Shown: positions 10,418 to 21,544, numbered from the stretch's first letter. The stretch is DNA of 64,000 nt from Flavobacteriaceae bacterium (GCA_002746415.1 NVXD01000015.1:205412-269411), one strand, 5' to 3'. A program made the numbers and translations. The notes: a model not told the origin generated them from the letters alone.

Positions 10418-11560
10418 TTAGAATCCAAAATCAGCCTTAAGGGCATCAATTTTATCCAATGCCATATCTTTGGTTAGGAAATCAATTTCATCCATACCAA
10501 ATGCTTTTTCAAAAGTTTTCAGTGCTTTTTTGGGCTGCCCAATTTCTTCGTAGTATTCTCCCTCAAAATAAAACCCTAGCATGGTGTCTTTAAACTCCTT
10601 TTTGCAAAGAGAGGATAGTAATTTTAAAGACTCACTATCTTCTTTCTTTTTTGAAGCTGCATAAATAGCCATTATGTCATTGAGTTCCATCGTTTTTTTA
10701 AACCCGAACAACTCTTCTATCATAGCATATTTGTTCTCCAAATAAGTGTAAACAGGTTCTTCAGAGACCAATATTTTTTCTTTGTATTCTTTTGGACTAA
10801 TAGGTCTAAACATTTTAAACACATTATCAAATGCTTTACCAATACCATATGTGGCTATGGATATTTCATCCGCTTCTTTAAATTCATCAAAGAAATAATG
10901 AAGTGATTCTTTTTTTATTGCTTTTATTGCTTTGTCCATTGCAAGTATTGCAGGTTTGTCTTCATTCATTTCGCCCTCAACAATGAGGTGGTAAAAAAGA
11001 GGTTTTTCCATTGCTTCCAATCTAGAAGGGACTCTGTTTTCCATTTCGGGTGCAAGCGTTGGTGAAATACTAACGTAGGCGTCAAAAAACGAATTTTCTG
11101 GGAACAAGAAGAAATTTCCAAAATTGGCAGTTATATCATAACCAATGAACATTTTAAAGGGAGCAATATTATAATTGGTCTCTAAGTAAGGAATAAGTTC
11201 CATTCCAAGAAATTCATAGAAATTTCTGCCTTTTTCTGTTGGCAGACCATTGACCTCATCATAATCACAATCTTCCCAGCGTAAATCATTCTTACTTTGG
11301 TTTATGCCTACAATAATGGCTTCTGGCATTCTATGAAAAGTGCTATAAAACTTTGCGTTGGCAACAACATTGTCAAACAAGTATTCAGCATCCAAGACTA
11401 CAATAAGTGGATATTTGTTTTCTTTGGTATAATCTTCAGGGAAGTAATATTTTACATCTCTTCTTTCTTGAAGTTTAAAGGATTCAAATATTTCTTGTGT
11501 TACTTGAGCATTTAGGCCAAGGCACATCAAAGAGATGATAAAGACAAAAATAGATTTCAT
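10418..11560 (-). CDS. secreted alpha/beta-hydrolase (putative esterase family) with C-terminal TPR-like region
   Basis: Signal peptide at the internal ATG 11560 (MKSIFVFIISLMCLGLNAQ). The central region resembles putative-esterase/siderophore-esterase folds (YPLIVVLDAEYLF...). The C-terminus is TPR-like (ALKTFEKAFGMDEIDFLTKDMALDKIDALK). The longer ORF-track start at 11677 would overlap the upstream gene. Confidence 0.5.
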   Translation of the reverse strand: MKSIFVFIISLMCLGLNAQVTQEIFESFKLQERRDVKYYFPEDYTKENKYPLIVVLDAEYLFDNVVANAKFYSTFHRMPEAIIVGINQSKNDLRWEDCDYDEVNGLPTEKGRNFYEFLGMELIPYLETNYNIAPFKMFIGYDITANFGNFFLFPENSFFDAYVSISPTLAPEMENRVPSRLEAMEKPLFYHLIVEGEMNEDKPAILAMDKAIKAIKKESLHYFFDEFKEADEISIATYGIGKAFDNVFKMFRPISPKEYKEKILVSEEPVYTYLENKYAMIEELFGFKKTMELNDIMAIYAASKKKEDSESLKLLSSLCKKEFKDTMLGFYFEGEYYEEIGQPKKALKTFEKAFGMDEIDFLTKDMALDKIDALKADFGF

Positions 11561-11586
11561 GATGGCGGTTTTGAAGAAACAGAACC

Positions 11587-12552
11587 TTACCTGTTTCTGT
11601 TCAATAACGGTAAGAGCAGAAAAGATATTGCACCAAAGATGATGACCATTGCAGTTTGTGCTATCCACATAATCCATCCAAATGCATTCCCAGCAACTAG
11701 ACTGATTCCGAAAACCTCTAGAGATTTAGTTATGGCAGCTGGATAAGCAATAAACCCTCCGTTTGTAGTAGTCATTGCAATTGCTCCACCAACAAAAGCA
11801 ACAAGAAGTGCTCCTAGAGACAGGTTTTCCGTTTCTGGGACGGTATATTTTATCACCCAAAACATAGCAATATAGGCTGTCCAGATAAATAAAGTATGAA
11901 AAACAAAAGCCCATTTATGCTTCATTTTAAAAATACTGAGAACACCATCTAATAGACTTTTTAAAAACTCTTTAAGTTTTATGGCAAATGCGGATGTAGA
12001 TTTTTTAATTAGCCTAATCATTAGGAATAAACCAAGTATACCTACGCCCAAAATTACGATAGCGCTAACCAAGCCAAATCCTTGTTCTTGAATAAAACTA
12101 AAAATAAGATCGGTCTGTAGAAGTAGGGCAATAAGGATAATGAGAAATAACATTATTAAATCTACAACTCTTTCTGTGACGATGGTGCCAAAACCTTTTT
12201 CAAAGGGCACTTTTTCATATGTTGTTAAGGTGGTAGCCCTTAGGAATTCGCCAGATCTAGGTATTCCTAAATTTGCCAAATATGCCGTGAGAATTATCAA
12301 AATATTATTACCTACTTTAGGTTTGTATCCTAACGGCTCTAACAAATAGTTCCATCTTATAGCGCGTGAAACATGACTTAATATTCCAATAAATATAGAA
12401 ACAGAGACCCAAAAAAGGTCAGCTTTTTTGATATAACTTAGTATTTCTAATCTTTGTTCAGGTGTGGTTGAATAATACAGGTACCAGACCAAAAAAACTC
12501 CCAAGCCGATTGGGAGTATTAATTTCAATGTTTTTTTTATATAGGGACTCAA
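11587..12552 (-). CDS. integral membrane protein, lysylphosphatidylglycerol synthase TM-region (UPF0104/flippase-like) family
   Basis: 321 aa with about 8 TM helices. The conserved block SHVSRAIRWNYLLEPLGYKPKVGNNILIILTAYLANLGIPRSGEFLRATTL is typical of the MprF N-terminal/UPF0104 family. TTG start. Confidence 0.5.
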   Translation of the reverse strand: MSPYIKKTLKLILPIGLGVFLVWYLYYSTTPEQRLEILSYIKKADLFWVSVSIFIGILSHVSRAIRWNYLLEPLGYKPKVGNNILIILTAYLANLGIPRSGEFLRATTLTTYEKVPFEKGFGTIVTERVVDLIMLFLIILIALLLQTDLIFSFIQEQGFGLVSAIVILGVGILGLFLMIRLIKKSTSAFAIKLKEFLKSLLDGVLSIFKMKHKWAFVFHTLFIWTAYIAMFWVIKYTVPETENLSLGALLVAFVGGAIAMTTTNGGFIAYPAAITKSLEVFGISLVAGNAFGWIMWIAQTAMVIIFGAISFLLLPLLNRNR

Positions 12553-12554
12553 AA

Positions 12555-12905
12555 CTAGATTAAAAGGTTGTTTTCTTCATTTGGAAAAACCAAAGAAGGA
12601 TTAAATTTCTTAGCCTCTTCAATGTCCATTTGGGCATAAGTGATTAAAATTAGAACATCTCCTACGGCTACTTTTCTAGAAGCAGCACCATTTAAAGTAA
12701 TTTCACCACTTTTTCTTGGCCCAGGAATGGCATAGGTTTCTAAACGTTCACCATTGTTGTTGTTCACAATCTGAACCTTCTCACCCTTAATAATATTTGC
12801 AGCATCCATTAAATCTTCATCAATCGTGATACTGCCAATATAATTAAGGTCGGCGCCTGTAACCTTTACCCTGTGTATTTTAGATTTTACTACTTCAATT
12901 TGCAT
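12555..12905 (-). CDS. panD: aspartate 1-decarboxylase
   Basis: 116 aa: [38 protein letters not shown]..., with the pyruvoyl-forming G-S cleavage site. Confidence 0.95.
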   Translation of the reverse strand: MQIEVVKSKIHRVKVTGADLNYIGSITIDEDLMDAANIIKGEKVQIVNNNNGERLETYAIPGPRKSGEITLNGAASRKVAVGDVLILITYAQMDIEEAKKFNPSLVFPNEENNLLI

Positions 12906-12918
12906 GTTGCAAAGTTAA

Positions 12919-13767
12919 TTAATTAAGTGCAATATTGTCTATTAAACGGACCCCTTCAATATAAACTGCTACAAAGGCTCTATATTTTTTGCCTTTTTGT
13001 TTTCTTAAAACTGGGGTTAAAGTATCAATGTTTGTAATTTGAAAATATTCCAATTTAAAATCTGGCTTTTTCTTAAATTGATTTTGCACCCAGTGTATAG
13101 TATAAATAGCACTTTTCGTGCCAAATTTTTTCTTGGCAGATTTTAGTATTTTGTATATGAAACCAACATTTTTTCTTGCCTCTTCTGACAGTCTTTCATT
13201 TCTTGAACTCATCGCCAAACCATTAGGTTCTCGAACTATTGGACATCCTCTTATTTTTATTGGAATTGCCGCAATCTGAACCAGCTTTTTTATGATTTGT
13301 AATTGCTGAAAATCTTTTTCGCCAAAATAAGCCATATCCGGCATCACAGCGTTTAATAACAATTCAACGATTGTAGCAACACCATTAAAATGTCCTGCTC
13401 TAAATTTACCCTCCATTAATGTATCTAAACCATTAAACTGGTAGGAGTTGGATTTTATTTTGCCAGCATATATTTCATTGGCAGTAGGGGCAAAAACAAT
13501 AATTTTATCGGAGATCGTTTTAAGAAGTTGTACATCCTTGTCTAAAGTGTTGGGATATTTTCTTAAATCATCGTTATTATTAAACTGTGTAGGGTTTACA
13601 AATATGCTTACAACCACGCAATTATGCTCTAAAAATGCCCTTTTAACTAATACAAGGTGACCCTGGTGTAAAGCCCCCATTGTAGGCACCATGCCTATGG
13701 TATGGTTTTTGGTGTTAAAAGAGGATAAGCTATTCCTCAATTCTTTTTTTGAGTGAAATACCTGCAT
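12919..13767 (-). CDS. panC: pantoate--beta-alanine ligase
   Basis: 282 aa with MVPTMGALHQGHLVLVKRA (HIGH-type nucleotidyltransferase motif). Confidence 0.95.
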   Translation of the reverse strand: MQVFHSKKELRNSLSSFNTKNHTIGMVPTMGALHQGHLVLVKRAFLEHNCVVVSIFVNPTQFNNNDDLRKYPNTLDKDVQLLKTISDKIIVFAPTANEIYAGKIKSNSYQFNGLDTLMEGKFRAGHFNGVATIVELLLNAVMPDMAYFGEKDFQQLQIIKKLVQIAAIPIKIRGCPIVREPNGLAMSSRNERLSEEARKNVGFIYKILKSAKKKFGTKSAIYTIHWVQNQFKKKPDFKLEYFQITNIDTLTPVLRKQKGKKYRAFVAVYIEGVRLIDNIALN

Positions 13768-13869
13768 ATTTTGATTTAAAAGCTAGCAAACTTACTATAA
13801 TTACTGCTAATCTGTATAATTTTCGTAATTTTGCATTCGCTTTTATCCGATAAACAAAATACACTTTTT

Positions 13870-14679
13870 ATGAATGGAAAAAAGATATTGTTCGTATCTT
13901 CAGAATTAGTACCCTACTTACCAGAGAACGAAGTTTCTTTAATGTCTTATGAAACACCAAAGATGGTCAACAGTAATGGAGGCCAAATAAGGATATTCAT
14001 GCCAAGATTTGGGAATATTAATGAACGTCGTCATCAGCTTCACGAAGTGATCCGTTTATCTGGAATGAACTTGGTTATTAACGATATGGATATGCCATTG
14101 ATAATCAAGGTGGCCTCCATACCCAAAGAACGTATACAGGTTTATTTTATTGACAACGAAGAATATTTTAAAAGGAAGGCCACATTTACAGATGAAAATG
14201 GCGAGCTATTTTCTGATAATGACGAAAGAGCCATTTTTTTTGCAAAAGGTGTTGTTGAAACAGTAAAGAAATTAAATTGGACGCCAGATATCATCCACGT
14301 TCAAGGGTGGATGGCTTCCCTATTGCCATTGTATCTTAGAAAATATTACGGAGACGAACCTTTATTTGCAGATAGTAAAATAGTTACATCTGTTTACGGG
14401 AATGGTTTTGAAGGTAGCTTAAGTAATAAGTTACAGGATAAAATTGCATTTGATGGTTTGGACATGGAGGAAATGGGTTCACTTTCTACACCCAACTATA
14501 ATAATTTGTTAAAAGTAGCGGTAGATTTTTCAGATGCTATTATTTTAGCCTCGGAAGAAATTCCAGATGAATTAGAAAACCATATAGCCAACCTCCAAAA
14601 ACCAGTGTTACCATATGTTCCTTTACAAGAATTTGAAGAGGCATATTTAAATTTTTATAACACCGAAGTCTTAAACTAG
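13870..14679 (+). CDS. glycogen/starch synthase-like protein, N-terminal GT5 domain only (truncated relative to GlgA)
   Basis: MNGKKILFVSSELVPY...IHVQGWMASLLPLYL matches the starch-synthase catalytic N-domain. Only about 270 aa, against about 480 aa for GlgA. Confidence 0.6.
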   Translation: MNGKKILFVSSELVPYLPENEVSLMSYETPKMVNSNGGQIRIFMPRFGNINERRHQLHEVIRLSGMNLVINDMDMPLIIKVASIPKERIQVYFIDNEEYFKRKATFTDENGELFSDNDERAIFFAKGVVETVKKLNWTPDIIHVQGWMASLLPLYLRKYYGDEPLFADSKIVTSVYGNGFEGSLSNKLQDKIAFDGLDMEEMGSLSTPNYNNLLKVAVDFSDAIILASEEIPDELENHIANLQKPVLPYVPLQEFEEAYLNFYNTEVLN

Positions 14680-14685
14680 ATTTGC

Positions 14686-16566
14686 ATGAAATTTTTGATT
14701 AATTCAAAGTTCCCTGTCTTGGCAGGAATGGTACTTGTAATGGCTCTTTTTTCTTGCGAGGAAGAGTTAACGACTATTGGAGAAGGAGTAATAAGCGGAG
14801 ATCCTTTTACTACAGGGAAAATAGAGTATCCTGTTTTTGCATTTAATAAAAAAATACAAGCTGTACAGACCAATAGATTGCCTATATATCAATTGGGGGT
14901 TTTTAATGATCCTGTTTATGGGAAGACTGTAGCTAGTATTACGACACAGGTTAATCTGGCCAGTAGAAACCCTATTTTTGGAACGTATTCTCAGGACGTG
15001 GAAGATAATTCTGGAACGGACGATAATGCCTCTACAACTCTTGAAAACGAAACAGTAACAGAAGTATTTTTATATATACCTTACTTAACAAAATCTGCAA
15101 CAGTTAGAGATTCTGATGGAGATGGGGTTGATGATGAATTTGAAAAGGAAGAATTTATTTTAGACGTTACTAATGATACTGATGGTGATGGGCTATCTAA
15201 TATTGAAGAAAAAATCCTAGGAACAGACCCGTTAAATACTGATACAGATGGGGATGGGATAAATGATTTTGACGATGATGATACTATTGCCAATACATTT
15301 GCTAGAAAAGTAGATTTAGATAGTATTTATGGGGATACAACGGAGGGATTTAATATTAAAGTGGAACGTTCTACTTTCTTCTTAAGAGATTTGGATCCAA
15401 ACACCAACTTTCAGGAAGCACAAGAGTATTTTTCCAACCAACAATTTTCACCAGAATTTGTTGCTGAGGTATTTTTTGATGGCGAAGTGGCTTTTAGTGA
15501 TGAGGAAATTTTATTCTTTAAGGAAGATGACCCTGACACTGAAGACGTTGATGAGTCAAAAGAAGTTGATGTTAGATTGGCGCCAGGAATTAGAGTGCAA
15601 TTAGATCCGGTTATTGCAAATGCTTTTTTTCAGGAAAATATTTTGGACAAAGAAGGGCAATCAGAATTATTGAGTCTTACAAATTTTAGAGACTTTTTTA
15701 GGGGAATCCATTTTTCTATCCCTGATGATATATTGATTTTATTTGATTTGACACAAGCTAGAATTGATATAAATTATGAGTATAATGTGGTGAATACAAA
15801 TAGTACTTTTGATGACACTTCTGATGACACCATAGAAATAGAGGAAAGTATATATCAACTGCGATTTTTAATCGGAGGAGGAGTTTCTGCTATTGGAGGT
15901 AATGCTGTTAATACGCTTATTAATGATCCATATTCACCTGAAATTGCAAGTAACTTGGATACTGGAGAAAATGCATCAAAAATTTATTTAAAAGGAGGTG
16001 CGGGATCAGTCATTCAAATAAACCTTTTTGATGAAAATAATGGGGAGGAAATAATTAATGAAATAAAAGCAAATAATTGGATTATTAATGAAGCCAATTT
16101 GGTTTTCTATGTGGATAGTGACGCTTTAGGTACAGGAGAAAATGTTGTTGAGCCTCCCAGACTTTATTTATACAATGCAGAAAACAATAATCCCTTATAT
16201 AATGTAGCAACAGAAACTTCAGATTCCAATACATCCCTAGGGTTATTTAAAAACTATGATGGGTTAATTGAGAAATCATCTGATGGTAAGGGAGAAAAAT
16301 ATTCGGTAAGAATAACAGATCACATCAATAATCTTATTGTTAGAGATTCTACCAATGCTACGCTTAGATTGACTTTAACATCTAATATTGGGCTTGTAAA
16401 TGCCAGTGATGCCATGTTCAATGATTTACAAGAGGCGAACAATAGTATTCCAGTAATGTCCATAATTAACCCAATGGGAACTGTTCTTTTTGGAAGTGGC
16501 ACACAGTCTGCAAGTAATGAGAGCAAAAGGCTTAAGTTAGTGATTCATTATACAGAAGCTAATTAA
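14686..16566 (+). CDS. DUF4270-like lipoprotein with Ca-binding thrombospondin-type-3-like Asp repeats
   Basis: Lipoprotein signal [26 protein letters not shown]. Repeats [10 protein letters not shown] / [36 protein letters not shown]. 626 aa. Confidence 0.55.
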   Translation: MKFLINSKFPVLAGMVLVMALFSCEEELTTIGEGVISGDPFTTGKIEYPVFAFNKKIQAVQTNRLPIYQLGVFNDPVYGKTVASITTQVNLASRNPIFGTYSQDVEDNSGTDDNASTTLENETVTEVFLYIPYLTKSATVRDSDGDGVDDEFEKEEFILDVTNDTDGDGLSNIEEKILGTDPLNTDTDGDGINDFDDDDTIANTFARKVDLDSIYGDTTEGFNIKVERSTFFLRDLDPNTNFQEAQEYFSNQQFSPEFVAEVFFDGEVAFSDEEILFFKEDDPDTEDVDESKEVDVRLAPGIRVQLDPVIANAFFQENILDKEGQSELLSLTNFRDFFRGIHFSIPDDILILFDLTQARIDINYEYNVVNTNSTFDDTSDDTIEIEESIYQLRFLIGGGVSAIGGNAVNTLINDPYSPEIASNLDTGENASKIYLKGGAGSVIQINLFDENNGEEIINEIKANNWIINEANLVFYVDSDALGTGENVVEPPRLYLYNAENNNPLYNVATETSDSNTSLGLFKNYDGLIEKSSDGKGEKYSVRITDHINNLIVRDSTNATLRLTLTSNIGLVNASDAMFNDLQEANNSIPVMSIINPMGTVLFGSGTQSASNESKRLKLVIHYTEAN

Positions 16567-16645
16567 TTTTTTAGCTTTCACACACCACTTAAAGAAATTT
16601 TACGTTACTTATTTAGTATTTAAATGAAGAATCTAGACTTCTAGA

Positions 16646-16653
16646 TATCTTTG
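16646..16653 (+). promoter_or_regulatory. candidate Bacteroidota sigma-A -7 element (TAnnTTTG) for glmS
   Basis: tatctttg lies 44 nt upstream of the glmS ATG. No clean -33 TTG was seen. Confidence 0.25.
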
Positions 16654-16696
16654 TGTAAATACATTTCAGCTTGCTAACCTTAAATTTAATTAAATT

Positions 16697-18544
16697 ATGT
16701 GTGGAATTGTAGGATATATTGGTCACAGAGACGCTTATCCAATCATAATAAAAGGGCTTCAAAGATTGGAATACAGAGGTTATGACAGTGCAGGCGTTGT
16801 TCTTTTTGATGGAGAAAACGTAAACTTGTGTAAAACCAAAGGTAAAGTTGAAGATTTGGTCCTTAAATCTAAATCGGAAATATCTACAAATGGCCATTTA
16901 GGATTAGGACATACCAGATGGGCTACCCATGGTATTCCAAATGATGTTAATTCTCATCCACATTGTTCGAATTCAGGGGATTTGGTAATTATTCATAATG
17001 GAATTATAGAGAATTATGCATCGATAAAAACAGCTTTAGAGGAAAGAGGATACACCTTTGAATCTGATACGGATACGGAAGTTTTAGTGAATTTGATTGA
17101 AGAAGTTAAAAAGAAAGAAAATTTAAAGCTTGGGAAGGCGGTTCAAGTAGCTTTAAACCAAGTGGTTGGAGCATATGCTATTGCTGTTTTTGACAAAAAT
17201 AAGCCAGATGAAATTGTTGTTGCCAAGTTGGGAAGCCCACTAGCAATAGGTGTAGGAGATAATGAATATTTTATTGCTTCTGATGCTTCTCCGTTTATTG
17301 AATACACTAATAATGCAGTTTATTTGGAAGATGAAGAAATGGCCATTCTTCGTTTAGGAAAAGAAATAAAACTTAGAAAGATAAAAGATGATGCGATTGC
17401 ATACCCGAATATTTTAGAATTGCAACTGAACCTTGAAGAAATAGAAAAGGGAGGGTACGATCATTTTATGCTCAAAGAAATTTACGAGCAACCACGAGCA
17501 ATTTTGGATACATACAGGGGTAGGTTGTTAGCTGACCAAGGAATCATAAGAATGGCTGGAATTGACCAACATTTGGAAAAATTCCTGAATGCAAACAGAA
17601 TTATTATAGTTGCATGCGGAACATCGTGGCATGCAGGATTGGTAGCAGAATATATATTTGAGGATTTGGCAAGAATACCAGTTGAGGTTGAATATGCTTC
17701 TGAGTTTAGGTATAGAAACCCTGTTATTACAGAAAAGGATGTGCTAATTGCTATTTCTCAATCTGGGGAAACTGCTGATACTCTAGCCGCAATAAAGCTG
17801 GCCAAAGAGAAAGGCGCTTTTGTATTTGGTGTTTGTAATGTTGTTGGGTCGTCAATTGCTAGGGCTACACATGCTGGAGCATATACGCATGCAGGACCGG
17901 AAATAGGAGTGGCATCTACAAAGGCATTTACAACTCAAATTACCATACTGACCCTTATAGCATTGAAGCTTGCAAAAGAAAAAGGGGAATTTTCTGAATC
18001 TAAATTCCATGAATTTTTAACAGAGTTAGAAAATATTCCTGCAAAAGTTGAAAAGGCATTAGAATCCAACCCTTTAATCGAAATAATTGCGGATGTTTAC
18101 AAAGATTCTTCCAATTGCTTGTATTTGGGAAGAGGGTATAATTTCCCGGTAGCTCTGGAAGGTGCATTAAAATTAAAGGAGATAAGTTATATCCATGCAG
18201 AAGGCTATCCAGCTGCTGAAATGAAGCACGGTCCTATTGCCTTGATAGATGAGCATATGCCTATAGTGGTCATTGCAACTAAGAAGGGGCATTATGAAAA
18301 GGTCGTTAGTAATGTACAGGAAATAAAATCCAGAAAAGGTAAAATTATAGCCGTTGTTACCGAAGGCGATGTTCAAGTAAGAGAATTGGCGGATCACGTC
18401 ATAGAGGTTCCTGAAACAATAGAAAGCCTAACCCCATTGTTAACCACAATACCACTACAATTACTATCATACCATATTGCGGTAATGAGAGGGTGTAATG
18501 TAGACCAACCACGTAATTTAGCAAAATCGGTTACTGTGGAATAA
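16697..18544 (+). CDS. glmS: glutamine--fructose-6-phosphate aminotransferase (isomerizing)
   Basis: MCGIVGYIGHRDA... N-terminal nucleophile Cys followed by two SIS domains. 615 aa, ends ...VTVE. Confidence 0.96.
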   Translation: MCGIVGYIGHRDAYPIIIKGLQRLEYRGYDSAGVVLFDGENVNLCKTKGKVEDLVLKSKSEISTNGHLGLGHTRWATHGIPNDVNSHPHCSNSGDLVIIHNGIIENYASIKTALEERGYTFESDTDTEVLVNLIEEVKKKENLKLGKAVQVALNQVVGAYAIAVFDKNKPDEIVVAKLGSPLAIGVGDNEYFIASDASPFIEYTNNAVYLEDEEMAILRLGKEIKLRKIKDDAIAYPNILELQLNLEEIEKGGYDHFMLKEIYEQPRAILDTYRGRLLADQGIIRMAGIDQHLEKFLNANRIIIVACGTSWHAGLVAEYIFEDLARIPVEVEYASEFRYRNPVITEKDVLIAISQSGETADTLAAIKLAKEKGAFVFGVCNVVGSSIARATHAGAYTHAGPEIGVASTKAFTTQITILTLIALKLAKEKGEFSESKFHEFLTELENIPAKVEKALESNPLIEIIADVYKDSSNCLYLGRGYNFPVALEGALKLKEISYIHAEGYPAAEMKHGPIALIDEHMPIVVIATKKGHYEKVVSNVQEIKSRKGKIIAVVTEGDVQVRELADHVIEVPETIESLTPLLTTIPLQLLSYHIAVMRGCNVDQPRNLAKSVTVE

Positions 18545-18575
18545 AAAACTCAAAAAATATACAGTTGATTATAGA

Positions 18576-18607
18576 ATAGGTCGTTTATGCGACCTATTTT
18601 TTTATTT
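18576..18607 (+). terminator. intrinsic terminator after glmS
   Basis: aataggtcgtttatgcgacctatt followed by an 8-nt T-run. Confidence 0.55.
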
Positions 18608-18768
18608 TGTTACGAATATGCTACGTTTAAGAGTGTTATTTTATGAAAATAATACTATGCATGCATAATTTTTTTTATTTTCTTACTATTAAAATGTAAA
18701 AAAATGTATCTTGCTAACGCTTATATAAAATTAAGTATTATTATTAACATTAACGTAAATAGCTAAGA

Positions 18769-21519
18769 ATGAAAAAGATAGTCTTTTTGTCCTTTTTGAT
18801 GTTTGGAATGATTGGATACGCTCAAACCATTATCAAGGGAAATGTTGTGGATCAGAATAATGACCCTATTCCTGGGGCAAATATTGTTATAACTGGGAAA
18901 GCAATTGGTACAATTTCAGATTTTGATGGTAATTTTACTTTAGAGACTTCAGAAACACCTCCGTTTCAATTAAGAATAACAAGTCTTGGGTTTTCTGATG
19001 GGGTAGTAACCATAACTTCTAATGAGCAGACGGTTGCAATAACGCTTAATGAGGCTTCAACTATATTAGATGAAATAGTGATATCCGCATCTAGGACTCC
19101 AGAACGTATTTTTGAATCTCCAGTTTCTGTAGAGCGGTTTGGGTTAAAAGAAATAAAAAACACAACAGCCGCCTCTTTTTATGGTGGGTTAGAGAATTTA
19201 AAAGGTGTGGATGTAAACACCAATAGCTTAACATTTCAATCTATAAACACAAGGGGTTTTGCAACTTTTGCGAATACTAGGTTTATGCAATTGATAGACG
19301 GAATGGACAATACCGCTCCTGGATTAAATTTTGTTTTAGGAAATTTAGTGGGGATTTCAGAGTTGGAAGTCCAAAGTGTGGAAATACTGCCGGGTGCTTC
19401 ATCTGCCCTGTATGGAGCAGGTGCCTTTAATGGTATTCTATTTATGAATAGTAAAAACCCTTTTGACTATCAAGGGATAAGTGCCTATGGAAAAGTAGGG
19501 TTAACATCACAAGACGCGGCTGGAGACAACAATTATTATGATTTTGGTTTTAGGGCAGCACATGCATTTAGCGATAAACTAGCAATAAAAGCCAATTTCT
19601 CTATATTAAAAGGTGAAGATTGGCATGCCAATAGAATAGATGATTTAAACAACCCTGGAGCAACAAGGGTTGACCCAGCATATGATGGGTTAAATGTTTA
19701 TGGGGATGAAGTAGGCACTCTGCTTAATTTTGATGCCGCAGCTGGGTTACCTACAGGAACTGTAGGCACGGCATTTGTAACAAGGACTGGTTATGATGAG
19801 GCAGATTTGGCAAATTATAAAGCTGAAAGTGTAAAAACAGATTTCTCCTTGCATTACAAGCCTTTTGCAGATGATTTTGAAATTGTATATAATGGAAGAG
19901 TGGGTAGAGGTAATACCCTCTATCAAGGTGCCAACAGGTATTCCATTAAGAATTTCATCATGCAACAGCATAAATTGGAGATTAGAAATGACAACTTTTT
20001 CATAAGAGGGTATATCACGACAGAAGGTTCTGGAGACTCCTATGATACTAGATTTGCGGCCATTAATGTAAATAGGTCATGGAAAGGGGATACACAATGG
20101 TTTACTGAGTACGCGCAAACTTATATTGGCGCAAAACTTGGTGTTGGAACAGGAGTGCAATTAGATGATGCTACTGCTCATGCTGCTGCAAGACAAGCAG
20201 CAGATACAGGAAGGTTAATTCCAGGATCCCCAGAGTTTCAATCTACTTTCAATTCAGTTATCAATGATGGAAATTTAACAACAGGTGCTAAATTTATTGA
20301 TAATACAAAGTTTAGGCATGCTGATGCCAACTATAATTTTACTCACTGGACCAAAAATGTTGCAGATATTCAAATAGGAGGTTCTTTTAGAGAATATGAA
20401 TTAAATTCTAGTGGGACTATTTTCACAGATGTTGATGGACCTATTACTTACAATGAATATGGAGCATATTTACAGGCGCAAAAGAAATTAATGGAGGAGC
20501 GGTTAAAATTGACTGCATCTGTTCGTTATGATAAAAATGAATTTTTTGAAGGATTCCTTTCCCCTAGATTTTCTTTGGTCTATACGGCTGGTGAAGAAAG
20601 AAATCAGAATTTCAGGGCTTCCGTTCAACAAGGTTTTAGAAACCCAACAACCCAAGATTTATTTATAGGACTAGATGCAGGAGCTGCGGTATTGGTTGGT
20701 TCTGCTCCCAGCAATTTAGACAAGGATATCAGAACTTATGATGTGAGTCAAAGTGGTGCTGCTATAATAGGGCAGTCAACTGTTACTATAGTAGGTAGGG
20801 ATGCTTACGAAAGAGCTTTTTCTTTAAACTCAGTACAGATAGGAGCTCCAGAAGCGGTTAATATCCCAATAGTTAAGCCAGAAGAAATCACAGCCTATGA
20901 GGTTGGTTATAGGGCCAAATGGGGCAAAATTGTAATTGATCTTTCAGGGTATTATAATAAGTATAAAAATTTCATATCCAATCAAACAACTCTTGTACCT
21001 CTTTATGGAACTCCTGGGGATAATGCCTTGTCCTTGCTGGCTTTGCAAAATGGGGATTTCACACCATATCAAACCTACACAAACTCGGAAGCCGATATTG
21101 ATTCTTATGGAGCAACAATAGGTGTAGAGACTAAAATTTTAGGAAATTTTGATTTAGGGGTTAATTATACCTATGCCGACCTTGACTTTGATCAAGCTGC
21201 TTACCCAGACTTTAGAACTAATTTTAATACAGCAGAACATAAAGTAAAAGCTTCATTTGGAAATACTGCTCTTTTTGAGAATTTTGGTTTCAATGTCAAT
21301 TATAGATGGACTGATACCTATGAATGGCAAGCTTCTTTTGCGGATGGAGATGTCCCAGCCTATACCGTGTTAGATGCTCAGGTAAATTATTCAATTCCAA
21401 ATATAAAATCAGTTTTTAAAATTGGTGGATCCAACATACTGGGAGCGGAATACGTTACGGCAATTGGTACTGGGAGCATAGGCTCAATATACTATCTATC
21501 ATGGTCTATCAACCCTTAA
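18769..21519 (+). CDS. TonB-dependent receptor with N-terminal carboxypeptidase-regulatory-like domain
   Basis: 916 aa. Signal peptide, CarbopepD_reg-like GNVVDQNNDPIPGANIVITG, a plug domain (SASRTPERIFESPVSVERF) and a long beta-barrel. Confidence 0.8.
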   Translation: MKKIVFLSFLMFGMIGYAQTIIKGNVVDQNNDPIPGANIVITGKAIGTISDFDGNFTLETSETPPFQLRITSLGFSDGVVTITSNEQTVAITLNEASTILDEIVISASRTPERIFESPVSVERFGLKEIKNTTAASFYGGLENLKGVDVNTNSLTFQSINTRGFATFANTRFMQLIDGMDNTAPGLNFVLGNLVGISELEVQSVEILPGASSALYGAGAFNGILFMNSKNPFDYQGISAYGKVGLTSQDAAGDNNYYDFGFRAAHAFSDKLAIKANFSILKGEDWHANRIDDLNNPGATRVDPAYDGLNVYGDEVGTLLNFDAAAGLPTGTVGTAFVTRTGYDEADLANYKAESVKTDFSLHYKPFADDFEIVYNGRVGRGNTLYQGANRYSIKNFIMQQHKLEIRNDNFFIRGYITTEGSGDSYDTRFAAINVNRSWKGDTQWFTEYAQTYIGAKLGVGTGVQLDDATAHAAARQAADTGRLIPGSPEFQSTFNSVINDGNLTTGAKFIDNTKFRHADANYNFTHWTKNVADIQIGGSFREYELNSSGTIFTDVDGPITYNEYGAYLQAQKKLMEERLKLTASVRYDKNEFFEGFLSPRFSLVYTAGEERNQNFRASVQQGFRNPTTQDLFIGLDAGAAVLVGSAPSNLDKDIRTYDVSQSGAAIIGQSTVTIVGRDAYERAFSLNSVQIGAPEAVNIPIVKPEEITAYEVGYRAKWGKIVIDLSGYYNKYKNFISNQTTLVPLYGTPGDNALSLLALQNGDFTPYQTYTNSEADIDSYGATIGVETKILGNFDLGVNYTYADLDFDQAAYPDFRTNFNTAEHKVKASFGNTALFENFGFNVNYRWTDTYEWQASFADGDVPAYTVLDAQVNYSIPNIKSVFKIGGSNILGAEYVTAIGTGSIGSIYYLSWSINP

Positions 21520-21544
21520 AAACGAATTAAAATTCATTTGTAAA

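Noticed and set aside
16567-16696. glmS ribozyme upstream of glmS
   Set aside because: The 130-nt AT-rich leader is too short and lacks the conserved ribozyme core. Only a candidate -7 promoter element was found.
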